This document shows, piece after piece, positions 63,580-64,000 of a stretch of DNA of 64,000 nucleotides. Every line of letters begins with the position of its first letter. Positions within the stretch are counted from its first letter, which is position 1. The stretch comes from Harriotta raleighana (Eukaryota): positions 62,001-126,000 of the forward strand of contig JBNZDD010013491.1 in assembly GCA_050575255.1 (NCBI GenBank), in the 5' to 3' direction. The notes below the pieces were generated by a model. It was not told where the DNA came from. It was given only the letters and a program-made list of their open reading frames with translations, and made no database searches. The position numbers were made by a program, and so were the translations under genes.

Positions 63580-63964
63580 TTATTAAGGATTCCTGTTAGA
63601 AATCGCTGCATATTAGAGCCTGCTGTGGAAACTCATGCATATGGTACTGTTATTCATTCTGTGCTATTTGGAAAAAAAATAGTTTCTACAAAGTGGCTTG
63701 GAAAGTTTCCACATTGTATTGAGGAAAGAAGATAGGGATCTAATTAACCATATCTTTAAATCTATAATTTAATACTAAACGAATGGTAAATCTGGCACAA
63801 TAATGGGTAAATATGGAATACAATTCTTACTCCACTAATGAGAAAGACTTTTTATTTTACTTGTGATTGTGTGAGCTGTGCAAAGTTCCTCACTCATGGG
63901 ATAGATGAGATTTTCTTATAACTTCCTGCTGAGGAGCCTCTCTATAACATTCACTTAAACAGTG

Positions 63965-64000
63965 TCAAGTTCTGTGGTTCAGCGGTTAGAGCACTGGTCT
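63965..64000 (+). mobile_element. SINE head (paralog of the copy at 58494)
   Basis: tgtggttcagcggttagagcactggtct. Confidence 0.75.

Larger units (their letters stand above)
63015..64000 (+). repeat. Local duplication, copy 2 (interrupted by L2; runs off the window edge)
   Basis: Matches 57945-58520 on both sides of the L2 insertion. Confidence 0.95.

Overview
This is vertebrate nuclear DNA, most likely from a cartilaginous fish such as a chimaera; that is an inference from the SINE family and the assembly style. The only confidently supported protein-coding gene is a single-exon FOXL2 on the minus strand (ATG at 39355, TAA at 38444, 303 aa, no polyalanine tract). The rest is non-coding: about 25 copies or fragments of one tRNA-headed, Deu-domain-derived SINE with an L2-type tail, two older full Deu-domain SINE remnants, L2 and CR1 LINE 3' ends, microsatellites, two N gaps and many false duplications at single-N contig joins. 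The main second-look items are: (1) a CpG-retaining, SINE-depleted domain of roughly 25-29 kb around FOXL2, readable from CpG decay in the SINE copies; (2) adjacent miR-133 and miR-17/430 seed sites in the FOXL2 3' UTR; (3) a start-stop uORF and a G-quadruplex motif in the FOXL2 leader; (4) a 24-bp-stem hairpin downstream of FOXL2; (5) a 135-bp inverted duplication with fold-back junctions; (6) a probable promoter and first exon near 10.5-11.5 kb, possibly PIK3CB by synteny; (7) a local duplication giving an empty/filled L2 site pair within a possibly fossil coding region at 58-64 kb. I cannot claim a new multi-gene system from the sequence alone.
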